A stretch of DNA of 55,313 nucleotides from Asterionella formosa. Lineage: Eukaryota. Both the position numbers and the translations under genes were made by a program. The notes below the pieces were generated by a model. It was not told the DNA's origin. It was given only the letters and a program-made list of their open reading frames with translations, and searched no databases. Numbering within the stretch: the stretch's first letter is position 1; the number at the start of each line of letters is the position of its first letter. Positions 31,870-42,385 of this stretch are shown piece after piece. The stretch lies in the NCBI GenBank assembly GCA_002256025.1, contig NKIB01013594.1:1-55313 (forward strand), in the 5' to 3' direction.

Positions 31870-33031
31870 TGCTTCCTACGATTTTTTGAGTTCGAGGCTG
31901 GGAGATGTACCAACGATGCGAAAGCAAGTCTGGGGCTTCTTATCCCTGTTCATATATATACTTATGTTTGATGTGTGTGACGGTCTTGTCGGAGGGAGAA
32001 AATGTATTTGAACGTCAACGAGACAAACGAAGCAAAGGGGATCAATGACAGGATCTGGGTGCTTCAATCGAGCCATCGTCGTTCAATTTAGGGTACCTGG
32101 TACCTGGTACCAGGTACTCGCGCGGCTTGGCTGGCTGTTACATCGCCAAGCACCGTACCGTATTATCCAGCGCGGGAGGATTTCTTGTTGTTGGTTGTTT
32201 TCTGCCTTGGCCGTTTATGCGAAAATAGCACTACGTAAGGTACAGTAAATGTAGGTATGTACGGTACCAGTACATAGTATACAAAAGCAAGTGGCTCCTC
32301 TGCACATCGCCTGAGTTACTTCGACTCAATTACCGACTTGTTCGACTGACTTTTCCTGCAAATATTTCTCTCGCTTCTCCTCAATAGTTAATCTTTAGAT
32401 GCGTAGTTGGGGTTTTTGGTTTTGGTTCTATGTGATATGATTCATTTCCCCCCTCTATAGCTGCAGTCGAGTTTGCACTTAGCCGTGGGTGGGATGTAGG
32501 GAGGGTGAATTTTATCTATTGACTATAAATTTTTGCATGGCTTGGATTCAACGATGTTGCTTTGCTGAAAGCTGATTTGAAGAAATTTGGGCTTTCTGCC
32601 TTGAAACCCTTACATGGTTGTTTGTTGGCTGATTGACTCTTCCTTGACCTTCTCTTGCATCGTTTACTGTCATTCACTAGCCATCGAACTTCATCTTCAT
32701 TTTTTGGCTAGACACCAGAATTAGCACCCGTGGTTGCTAACTCGGCCTCCACCTCAAATTTCGCTTGCTTGTAGTTTGTTTGTTGTTCATTCCCTTGGTT
32801 TCAATGCGCGCTTCGTGCACATCCCTGTTTCCCTTTTCTATAATACTAATTCTGATCATGATGATCCCGTAAATAATTGTTTCTGTACCTAGCCTGTGTC
32901 TGCTGTTGTACGTACATATACTACAGGTAACAAGTTTAGACCTACAGGTAACAAGTTTAGACAAGTTACCAGTACCTTCCACTCAACGAAAGAATTAGCT
33001 ACCTTTATCCCAGATTAAATTGCTTATTTAA

Positions 33032-34219
33032 GGTTGCGGCCCCACAGATACACATCGTGAGGTCTGTTTTCTTCCAAAATAATTTTATTATGTACTTCAA
33101 TCTACACAGTACGTACAACTAAATAAAATAGTTAAAGGTAAAATTAGCTTTCACCAATACGACCGCTTTGCATATGCTTAGATACAGTCATTCCTTGACT
33201 TAGCTAGGGGTATGATCTATATCCAGATATGGTAAGGACCTCATTTCTGGAGAGAAGTGGCAGTTATCCCTCTTGGAATTGTAAACATCCAAAAAATAGT
33301 CAAAAAAGGGGGCCATCAAGCTTTTAAAAAATCTACGAGGGATAACTCCCACTTCTCTGCAGAAGTTAACTCCTGACGTTATAGGGTACACGGCTATCTA
33401 TTTCATTCTTCATGAAACCCCTTAGATGTAGAGCAATCCTCCTCCAAAAAGTCGACCCAATCGGCTTTTTCAACAGTCGCCAAAATATTGGAATCAGAAT
33501 TTGTACGTGCAAAAACGTTCTCGTATACTTGGAGTCTTGCATACCGGTAGGTATGTTTCGCTGAATAATTCTCAGTCCGGAAAGACTCCAGGGTAAGTTC
33601 CCGCGTCACTACACATATTCTGATTGGTTGAATTGAATTTATTCACCAGCTTCAGATCCGCTGAAGTATCCTGGTCTTGTAAAATCTCGCCAGCCACACT
33701 TGAACCACACGTATTAGATGTACTGAATCCTGGTTGGTAAAATCAGTACTGGTACTACAGGTAGTACTTCCTGTTCTTCATCATGATGAACCAATATTGT
33801 GTACTACTACCTGGTACTCCGAGTACCGAAATACCGTTACCGGTACTCTGGGACTCCGGTACTGATTCAAACACCGGTATATACCTTTGTGCGTGGAGTG
33901 ATATTGAAACTGCAGACAGCAATGAAGATTCAATATAAACGTATAAACATGAGCAATGAGCAGACATGCTGGCATACTCCTAATTTATATATTTGATTTG
34001 GCGTTGAGTAAAATTATGTCTACATTCAGCAACGAAGAAAAAGGATAAATGTTTAAATATCATGGAATTCTATCAATCTGGCGCCGATTCCTATTTATTC
34101 AAATATTCAAATGGACACTCGAATCGTGGGAATTCATTGTAGGAAACTCCCTGTTCCACGCCGTTTTTACAACCCTAGCGATATTTTCTACGAACTAGGG
34201 TTAAGCCGGGGCGGCAACC
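33032..34219. mobile_element. 1.19-kb non-autonomous Kolobok-type element
   Basis: TTAA 33028-33031 and 34220-34223 flank ggttgcggcccc / ggggcggcaacc TIRs (11/12); homologous to both ends of 8184-13724. Confidence 0.85.
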
Positions 34220-34300
34220 TTAAGCAAAATGACAGCAAATTGCTCAGGTACTCCTACCCGGTACCTGGTAGCATGCCACAGCCATAGGTACCTGGTACCA

Positions 34301-34370
34301 GAAGGTCCGGTAATCGAGAGATTTAGCTAAATCTTTTCTTAGGTAAAAAATGTATTTTTACAGGACCTTC
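34301..34370. repeat. Miniature inverted-repeat element, copy 3
   Basis: gaaggtccggtaa...gagagatttagctaa...ttacaggaccttc. Confidence 0.75.
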
Positions 34371-34455
34371 CTTGGTTCCTACTCCTATACCGATGAAATA
34401 TAGGGAAATATTGTTAAAGCACTGTATACATGCAGATAGATACAGTGTACAGTAT

Positions 34456-35914
34456 TAGTAAGCAAAATATTAACAAGCGCTGAACATATCACGACGAAAG
34501 CATATGCCGCCTGACACAGAGAAAAACAGTTACCAATTGTTTAATTCTACTAATGTGTGCTCTATAAATTCATTTCATTCGCTGCTGGGTCAGCATACTG
34601 CAGGTAGCAGTAATATGCTGTCTGTCATAAATCCATAGTATATTGAAGTACTGGCACAAACATACGTGTTGGACATATGTATCTTCCAACATACTACTGT
34701 TGCTGTTCACCATTGAATCACCCTATCAGAGGTATGCTGCAATATTTCTCTGCTAATCCCCTTCATTCAATTCTTGGCCTACAATTATGGTCAACAGGTA
34801 ATTATTCCCATGTGTCTCAAATTAACACAGACCTGCTGCAGCAATAATTTTCATCAATAATAATCTCCAACCAACTCTAATGAATTGCTCATCAATTCAT
34901 GTTACGGAGTAGAGTGTGCATGGTTCCCATTTCCATCCAATGGCTTGTTCCTCTGGCATTTGGCGTTGATATGGCACTGTCTGGGGTAAAATATTGTGTG
35001 ATTGGGTTGCCATTTTAAGAATCATAGGGCTGCCTTTTCCATCTTAGGCTTTGAAGTATCTGTTGTGTTTCTGTGGTGCATTATATCTCCCCTGTCTGCT
35101 GTCTTTCCACTCAGTTGTGTTAGTGTGATGAAGTAAGATAGGAGTGTTCAATATCTTCCCTCTTCTCCCAAGAGGGAAGGTGAGCGCTGAGCCGACAAGG
35201 CAAGCGGAGTCCTTGGCTGTTGGGAGATGGAAGTAAAGGAACAACGAAGTAAGGAAGGAAGAAAGGAAGAAAACCCCTTGTTAGGCTCTTGTGGGCGTTG
35301 TGAGCATCTTTTATACTCAGTACAGAGTAGAGTGTGATGGGATGGGGGGCACAACCAATTCAAGCATGTATCCAACGGAAGTGGGTAGTGAGGGCTTGCA
35401 ACCATGATGCACAGGTGGCGGTCTGCAACAACGCTGGAGTGCCACTATGGGCAGCGAAGGTCCACCAGAAAATGCCTTCAACAGCAAACTTATGGCGCGC
35501 AACGTTTCAACACGTTGACGATTTGTATGCAGCAGCACTTGCTTCTGTAGGACAGCAAAGCCCTTCACAGAAGTATGTTGGGTCCAAGGCAAAGGAGTGG
35601 TAAGGTCTGATAAACTAGTAAGTAAAATATAAACAAGCGCTGAACATATCATGACAAAAGCATATGCCGCCTGACACAGAGAAAACAGTTACCAATTGTT
35701 TAATTCTACTAATGTGTGCTCTATAAATTCATTACATTCCTTGCTGGGTCAGCATACTGCAGGTAGCAATAGTACGCTGTCTGTCATAAATCCATAGTAT
35801 ATTGAAGTACTGGGACAAACATACGTGTTGGACATATGTATCTTCCAACATACAGCTGTTGCTGTTCGCCATTGAATCACCCTATCAGAGGTATGCTGCA
35901 ATATTCCTCTGCTA
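34456..35914 (-). mobile_element. Small non-autonomous LTR retroelement (TRIM-like or deleted Copia); LTRs 34456-34755 and 35616-35914
   Basis: ~300-bp direct repeats; 5-bp TSD AGTAT (34451-34455, 35915-35919); minus-strand PPT gaatgaagggga before the 3' LTR; PBS-like gtttatcagacc after the 5' LTR. Confidence 0.85.
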
Positions 35915-36332
35915 AGTATTATGAATTTGATGTCTAACAATACGCATAATGTGTACATCACGGAATACATTGCTTGCTCGGGACTTCGGTTGTTCCACAC
36001 ATACGATGTGTACACCAGGTACCAGGTGCCCAGGATATGACAAAGGGTATATACCGGTATATACGTGATGAAAGTACTGATATACATCAAATGTACCGGT
36101 ATCATACCTGTGTACATTTTCCATTGACAATATAATTCGGGCGGGATACAAACCCAAAGTAGTCCCCATGATTTAAAACTGAAGTGTATCAAACCTCGAT
36201 TCCATTCTATTGGAGTACCCCTTCGTCTTGTGGAAGGTGCATATATCAATTAGCCACAAACAATCGCAATTGCAAGTTTGCTTCGAGAGAAGAAGCACCT
36301 AGTTGTCAGATAAACGTTGATCCTCTTGGAAA

Positions 36333-39300
36333 CTAGTCCAGCTCATCAGTCACATCGGTGAACAGTATTCCGCGGAATGTCGACTGCATCAAGTGCTGCA
36401 CCAGAGGAATAGACTGGTTGACATCAGTCATAGGCTCCAGTAGAGACTCAATCTCACCCAGGTGATCTTCGGAACTATGACGTTCCTTGATTGCGACGTT
36501 TGCAAGCCGCAATAGCAATGACACAATGAACGAGTTTATCAGAACACCAAACAGCAAAACGACAACGTTTGTTCGAACGGAGGCATCGACTGAAAAACAA
36601 ACGTCATCCCCGGCAATAAGATCACGGAAGTTGTCACGTAGTAAGAGATTTATAACGTCACACTTGTCACCAATGATAAAGCTGGCGAAAGTGGAGATCT
36701 GGAATAACGCTGCGACCATCGATAAAGCAAACACTTCAATAGCACTCCAGGCATTTGTTACCTCTGCCAGTACCATGAGACGCTGCTGGTGTACCAGAGT
36801 TAAAGGGAATACCAGGACAACGACTAAAGCCAAAAGACAACTGAATGGAGTGATGATTGAATAAAAGAAATAAATCCCTTGAAGGCACTTGATGCCAATT
36901 GATGATGGGTCTTCGACACTTTGGGATATGGCAACACCTAAAGTGATCATTGAATAACTCTGTCGACTATTGTCGCCCAAAAGCGTACCAGCCAATCCAC
37001 CAATATCAAACACAAAACTTTTCTGAGTGGCTCCAATCGCCAAAAGAACAAAGGCAGCAATGAGAAGAACTAAAATCAGTGCGCGTGAAAACCATGAAAG
37101 TCTCTTCCGAAACACGCCATGAACAAACCCATGTTGGAAGAGGGATTCTTTTTCGCTCGATATAGATTGGTTTGACTTTACCGCATGTCGGTGAATAAAT
37201 AGGGCAATGTGGCCTGCAACCAAAGAGAGTGAGGTGGCCAAGAGAAAACCATAGAATCCAAATTTAGGGTTTACATAAACGTCCAATGTAGATCCTCCTG
37301 CTTCTAGATGGTACCGGAAGGAAACCATCATCAAAACAAGAACAAAAGTGTCAACCAAGGAAAACTTCCCGAGTGCGTCAAGGGAGAATAGAAGATCCCC
37401 ACGTTGTGATTTGCTCAAGAAATCTGGAGGTGCCACCCAAGCAACAAGCATTAGCGCAAGTTTTAGGTAGGGCCAAATACCACTAAAGACGACAACCACT
37501 AATAGGAGGGTCCAGATGCCAGCGCTGTACATTTCTTCAATGGTGTGCCCGAGACTGAAGGCAAAAAGTGATGGAATGGCATAAGGTGCTTTCGTAGGTA
37601 ACGATATGGTCATGTCAACGGAAGCTCCAACACTGAGATTGCTAGCAATCAGAAGAGCTATTGTTCCAATTATTAGTATTGGAAAGCAATGACGAGTCAA
37701 AGATGAGAGTTGTTTCGTTTCCAGTATAGATTTTGGTTCAGCAGTATAAGTCAAAAGATTATCATCGTCGTCGGAGTGAGCCTCAATAAGTGGACGAAGG
37801 AAAACATGACTGTCCGCGAAATCCTCGTTGTGGACATCGTGGAACCATCTCCTGGCCATTTCGTCTCGGAAGACGACAAAAGCAAAATTTGCAAATATAA
37901 ATAACATGACAAGCCAAAGTAGGTCTACTCCCACATTTTTCGTGATATCATCATCATCCTCATTTTCATTTTCGTCGGTTCCCTTACAAATCGAGTTGGA
38001 TCTCGAAAGCAAGTACGACGACAAATTATTAACTGAGTCAAACACTGTGGAAACTCCCCATGAGAATATTGACTCGACTATAGTAGGCAACAAAGGATAC
38101 TGTGCGGAATCGAATCTGAACTCAATGATATCTGGGGTTAGACCTTTCATTGCTGCATTGATCATGATTTGAATCTTGTTCAAGGTAGCGGCAACATTGT
38201 ACAAGACAAAGTCGTTCGCTGGCACAGTAAAACAATACCCAGACTTCATCAAGTCAGCTATTGACATGGGCCGAACCTTGTTGAGATCATACAGAATCAG
38301 TGCAATAGCGGAAACAAAAGTTTCTCCTTTCGATACTGTGATGTTGGCTGTACCCGTGAGATTGGTAGCATTGACGTCAAGAGACGATGCGAATGTGGAA
38401 TGACCAAAGGCAACGTTATTTTGCAACCGCAAACCATCCTGGTCCGGCGATAAAAATGCCAACGATTGAATGCTCCCAACCGAGCCAAAACTTAAATTCC
38501 GCAAAATCCAGGTAAAATCAGCAAATTTTGTTCGAGGCGATCCCACCTGGAGAACAAAATTTTCAGCAAGGCAATTTAAATAGGTGTTGGCTGAAGCAAG
38601 CACTTTGGATCGATTGAGGAATTCGTTCATCTTGCTAAAAATTCCATACTTCGAGAAATCAAAATAATCTGTAGCATTCGAAATTTCAACATGTTCACAG
38701 GTGGCGAGAGGAAAATTCTTCCGGAGTATTTCAATCCATTTAATAGAGAGCCTATTAAGTGCTTCGCGACCAGGGCCCCGTACATATCCATCAAATGCCT
38801 CGCTAACAAAATCAGGATATTCGCCCAGAAAGAGCTGAAGCATATTATTGAGTATAGCATCCATGTCATCTTCCAACGATAGGCTAGAAGGTCCATCGGG
38901 ATCAAAGGCTACACCCTGCAGTCGCAATATGGCTGAAAGGCTGTGCACTTGAATTGCCAGTAGAGGATTTACTAGGCAACCAAGGATGTGGTTGTTCCCT
39001 TTGACTGCAGATATAACGTGACCAACTTGTATCTGTTCGAACAATGATAAATCTATGTCAGTATTCAACGTCACTCCAGAAGTTACGTTTGAAACATCAA
39101 CGTAAATGTGAAAGGACTCCTCCAAGGGGTCGCCTTGAAACATTCCACCATCAATAGGAGAAACAGTGATATTTAAAGCAGCGGAAATGTTGAATCCAGT
39201 CTGTGATTTAAGAAATGAAGAGAGTGAGGATCCTGCCGTTACTTTCATAAGTTGAATAATATCCAAGCCATCCAATCCAGAAAACTCTATGCGCTTGATT

Positions 39301-40292
39301 TGAACTGTCAAAAGTGCGTAATTGGGAATCGCATAGGTGAATTTGCTATTGATGGGAAGCTTCACGTTGATTCGGCCATTGACTAATGACTTCACAAGTC
39401 CGTTGATGCCTCGAAAAGAGTAACCACAGTTATAATCCATGACATCCTCGTAACCCAGCCATTCCATGAAATCGAGGAAGAGGCCCTTGTTCAAGTATCT
39501 ATTCACGAATAAATTAGCCAATTCCACCATTGAGACCAAGAGTGGCGTATCCCTTCGGAAGTTGAGAGCATCGTGAGTTGAAACTAGTGCCCTTTGTTCC
39601 ATGAGTGCAACGGAATTATATTCAGTCTTGTTTTCAATCCAAGCCACCATACAAGCATCTACTTTTTCAATCCAGCTTGTTGCCTTGTCATTGATGAGCG
39701 ACGTCAAGGGAGGACACAATTGCGTCGACAGAGCTGTGGATACGTATCCCGAAATGCTTCCCTTGAATAAGTCAATAATTCTGGCACTAATGGACCCCTC
39801 GAAATGCAGCGTGTCTGCGGGAACAAGCAAGTCGGAGGTGCAATTCTGTGCTGACACCGACGTGGCCATGTGGTGTTCTGTACTGTTGGACCGAACAAAG
39901 ATCGACATGGCCAAGGCTGGTTCGTGCGGCGATAGTACCGAAGCCGTGACCACTCCCGAACAGCCAGTAGTCTTGTATTTCCCATCACATGTGGCAGATA
40001 TAGCAGCGACCGAAATAGGTACGTACGGGTCCATCACGTCAGAGGAAGGAATGTACTGACTTGCAATGTTGGTAAGTTCAAAATTACTACAGACCATGTC
40101 GTCGATTTCAACCTTAAATATTCCTTCTCTGAACTCCTGGTTGGGAATATGAATGGCAAGCTTCCATAGCCAACATGTGAGCGGATCGTATCGTGATGTC
40201 TGAGCGTCGCAATCAGGTGGCGTTCTTGAGCTGCCAGCTCTGTCGAATGAGAGGAGACAGAAGGCGAGGAACGAATAAAGTCTAATTCGCAT
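36333..40292 (-). CDS. Multi-pass membrane protein: signal peptide, BPI/LBP (TULIP)-like ectodomain, two PqiA-like domains
   Basis: First ATG 40292 gives MRIRLYSFLAFCLLSF signal. NCTSDL..HFEGSISARIIDLFKGSI..LSTQLCPPL is BPI-like. VFSGIWPYLKL..LGKFSLVDTFVL and YSIITPF..NAWSAIEVFAL are PqiA motifs. Confidence 0.8.
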   Translation of the reverse strand: MRIRLYSFLAFCLLSFDRAGSSRTPPDCDAQTSRYDPLTCWLWKLAIHIPNQEFREGIFKVEIDDMVCSNFELTNIASQYIPSSDVMDPYVPISVAAISATCDGKYKTTGCSGVVTASVLSPHEPALAMSIFVRSNSTEHHMATSVSAQNCTSDLLVPADTLHFEGSISARIIDLFKGSISGYVSTALSTQLCPPLTSLINDKATSWIEKVDACMVAWIENKTEYNSVALMEQRALVSTHDALNFRRDTPLLVSMVELANLFVNRYLNKGLFLDFMEWLGYEDVMDYNCGYSFRGINGLVKSLVNGRINVKLPINSKFTYAIPNYALLTVQIKRIEFSGLDGLDIIQLMKVTAGSSLSSFLKSQTGFNISAALNITVSPIDGGMFQGDPLEESFHIYVDVSNVTSGVTLNTDIDLSLFEQIQVGHVISAVKGNNHILGCLVNPLLAIQVHSLSAILRLQGVAFDPDGPSSLSLEDDMDAILNNMLQLFLGEYPDFVSEAFDGYVRGPGREALNRLSIKWIEILRKNFPLATCEHVEISNATDYFDFSKYGIFSKMNEFLNRSKVLASANTYLNCLAENFVLQVGSPRTKFADFTWILRNLSFGSVGSIQSLAFLSPDQDGLRLQNNVAFGHSTFASSLDVNATNLTGTANITVSKGETFVSAIALILYDLNKVRPMSIADLMKSGYCFTVPANDFVLYNVAATLNKIQIMINAAMKGLTPDIIEFRFDSAQYPLLPTIVESIFSWGVSTVFDSVNNLSSYLLSRSNSICKGTDENENEDDDDITKNVGVDLLWLVMLFIFANFAFVVFRDEMARRWFHDVHNEDFADSHVFLRPLIEAHSDDDDNLLTYTAEPKSILETKQLSSLTRHCFPILIIGTIALLIASNLSVGASVDMTISLPTKAPYAIPSLFAFSLGHTIEEMYSAGIWTLLLVVVVFSGIWPYLKLALMLVAWVAPPDFLSKSQRGDLLFSLDALGKFSLVDTFVLVLMMVSFRYHLEAGGSTLDVYVNPKFGFYGFLLATSLSLVAGHIALFIHRHAVKSNQSISSEKESLFQHGFVHGVFRKRLSWFSRALILVLLIAAFVLLAIGATQKSFVFDIGGLAGTLLGDNSRQSYSMITLGVAISQSVEDPSSIGIKCLQGIYFFYSIITPFSCLLALVVVLVFPLTLVHQQRLMVLAEVTNAWSAIEVFALSMVAALFQISTFASFIIGDKCDVINLLLRDNFRDLIAGDDVCFSVDASVRTNVVVLLFGVLINSFIVSLLLRLANVAIKERHSSEDHLGEIESLLEPMTDVNQSIPLVQHLMQSTFRGILFTDVTDELD

Positions 40293-40708
40293 TATAGGAC
40301 CGTCTGCTTGATGATTATGATTGTGGAAGTATACCACTGGTACTTAGGAGCAGAGAAGTTTGATAGAGGGAGTAGGGCTATGAAACTTCAGTTGCCATTG
40401 TCGTCAGCATACAAAACGAGGCAAGCAAGGAAAAAAAATAAGTACAAATGCGAGGACAGGGCAGGCAGCCATGCTCTTTATTTTATCGGATTCTTTGCTG
40501 CTAGCCTGATTTCAATCTAATAGACTGGATTCAGTCTGGGTTTTCAATCCCTTGCCCCTATATCAATTCAACGAATATTTCAATTCTGAAAAGTTTATCT
40601 CAACCTAAAGAACTGTAGGTTTCTGGAGGTATGCATGGCAGTACGCTTATATATATGTTTTGAAGATTTCGGATTCATGACAAGTCTAGTACCAGCCATA
40701 TTTGCAGG

Positions 40709-42385
40709 ATGGCACGAAAACGAAAATTGACCATTGACAAAGGTGCCACCATTTCATGCATTTCCAAATACATTCACCCCTCACTGTGGGTCGGAAATCA
40801 TCATCTTAACATTGGAAAAGGTCATCAACTTGAAAGAATTAAAGTTATGCAGAGGGAGCTCAAGAAAATTAGAGGTAAAGAGGTGATAGCCATTGTGGTC
40901 AAAGGCCCCAGGACTGTGGATGATGCTGATACAACTGAGCTCTATGCTCTTGAAAAGCCCTTCACGATCATTTCTGAGGGTGCTCTAGAATAATTTTACT
41001 ATGGTGAAGGCAATTTATGTACCTGAGGAGGCAGTAGAAGATGAAGAGATGCATTTCAAGCTCTTTGAACTTGTCAAATGCGGCTAGTGGCACAATTTAT
41101 GATGCCAATGAAGTTGGCCTTGCATCTGGATTTGTTGCTATTGATGATGACAATGCCCCTTCACCTGAAAATTTTTCTCCTTACAATGAAGTGATAAGCA
41201 ATTTGTTTGGGAGTTAGTGGGGACACTCAGGAATTTGCTACAGGACGAGACTGACAGGTGGTGCATCAAAGCAATTGCGATCCAAGACTTTGTTCATCAT
41301 TTCCACTCAGTTGAAACCAACTGTCTTCAAATTGTTCGAATTATTTTTTTATTCAAACATAATTTTTTGTTTATCATTAATCCAAAATAAAAGGCAAATC
41401 TGTCACCTGTGGTGAGGAGCTACTCAGATGGATCGGAATATGGTTTTTAATGGCAACAACATAGGGAACAAAACAGCATGATTTTCGGTCAGTTGCACCT
41501 ACCAATATTTTCGACAATGCATCATTTCGGCTAAATCACCTCATGTCTTTTGTGATCAATTCGATTCGATTCAATTCAATTCTTAAGGCTATAGGCTTCA
41601 CAATTTGGCTAGCACTGGATTACTTTGTGGACCATTTTCATGAAGTAAGGGAAATTATTGAAGCATGGAATGAAAACATGTATTATAATTTAAAGCCAGG
41701 ACACATTGTATGTTTAGATCAATCAATTTCTATATGGACAAACATGCACACCTGTCCTGGATTCATGTTTGTTCCCCAAAAGCCTTGGCTAGTATTTGGA
41801 AATGAATACCACAAAGTTTACTGTTGCAATACAGGAATCATGTTTGCAATGGAAATAGTGAAGGGAAAAGATGCTTCCCAATCACGACAACATCAAGAGT
41901 CTTCAAGAGTTTGATGATCTTGGTGGGAAGACTGTTGGCCTATTGCTTTGCCTCTCAAAGTCAATTTGGGGGTCAGCAAGGATAATCATTCTTGACAGTG
42001 GATTTTGTGCACTGAAGGGAATCATTGAATTAGGAAGAATTGATTGTATGCATTAGCACTGACAAAGAGACGCCGCTTCTTGCCGAAATGCATCCGAGGA
42101 GGTGAAGAAATCAAGGCATGCTTCAAAAGCCTTGAGTGTGATTTTGCAGATGACTGGCCAGGAAAACTAGACAACATTCCCTTCCATATATATATATTGC
42201 ATGAAGGAACCAGACTACATGATGTCTCTAATGTCCTCTACATATGGGAATTAGAACCAATTGGAAAGGTTTCAATGGAAAATTGGGTGGTAAAAGGAAC
42301 AAACCCCAAAAACAGGTTTCATATACTGATGTTATCGACTGATAAAAAATATGGAACCCAGCAAGTCGAGAATCAATATTTTTAG
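40709..42385 (+). mobile_element. Decayed piggyBac-like transposase
   Basis: PGHIVCLDQSIS...PGFMFVPQKP..FGNEY, GKTVGLLL..IWGSARIIILDSGF; many stops and frameshifts; TIRs not identified. Confidence 0.8.

Noticed and set aside
32921..32962. Exact 21-bp tandem duplication
   Set aside because: Only two units; ordinary slippage duplication
33028..34223. piggyBac classification of the TTAA-flanked elements
   Set aside because: Termini begin with GG rather than CC/pyrimidines, and the long copy encodes a KolX-like ORF
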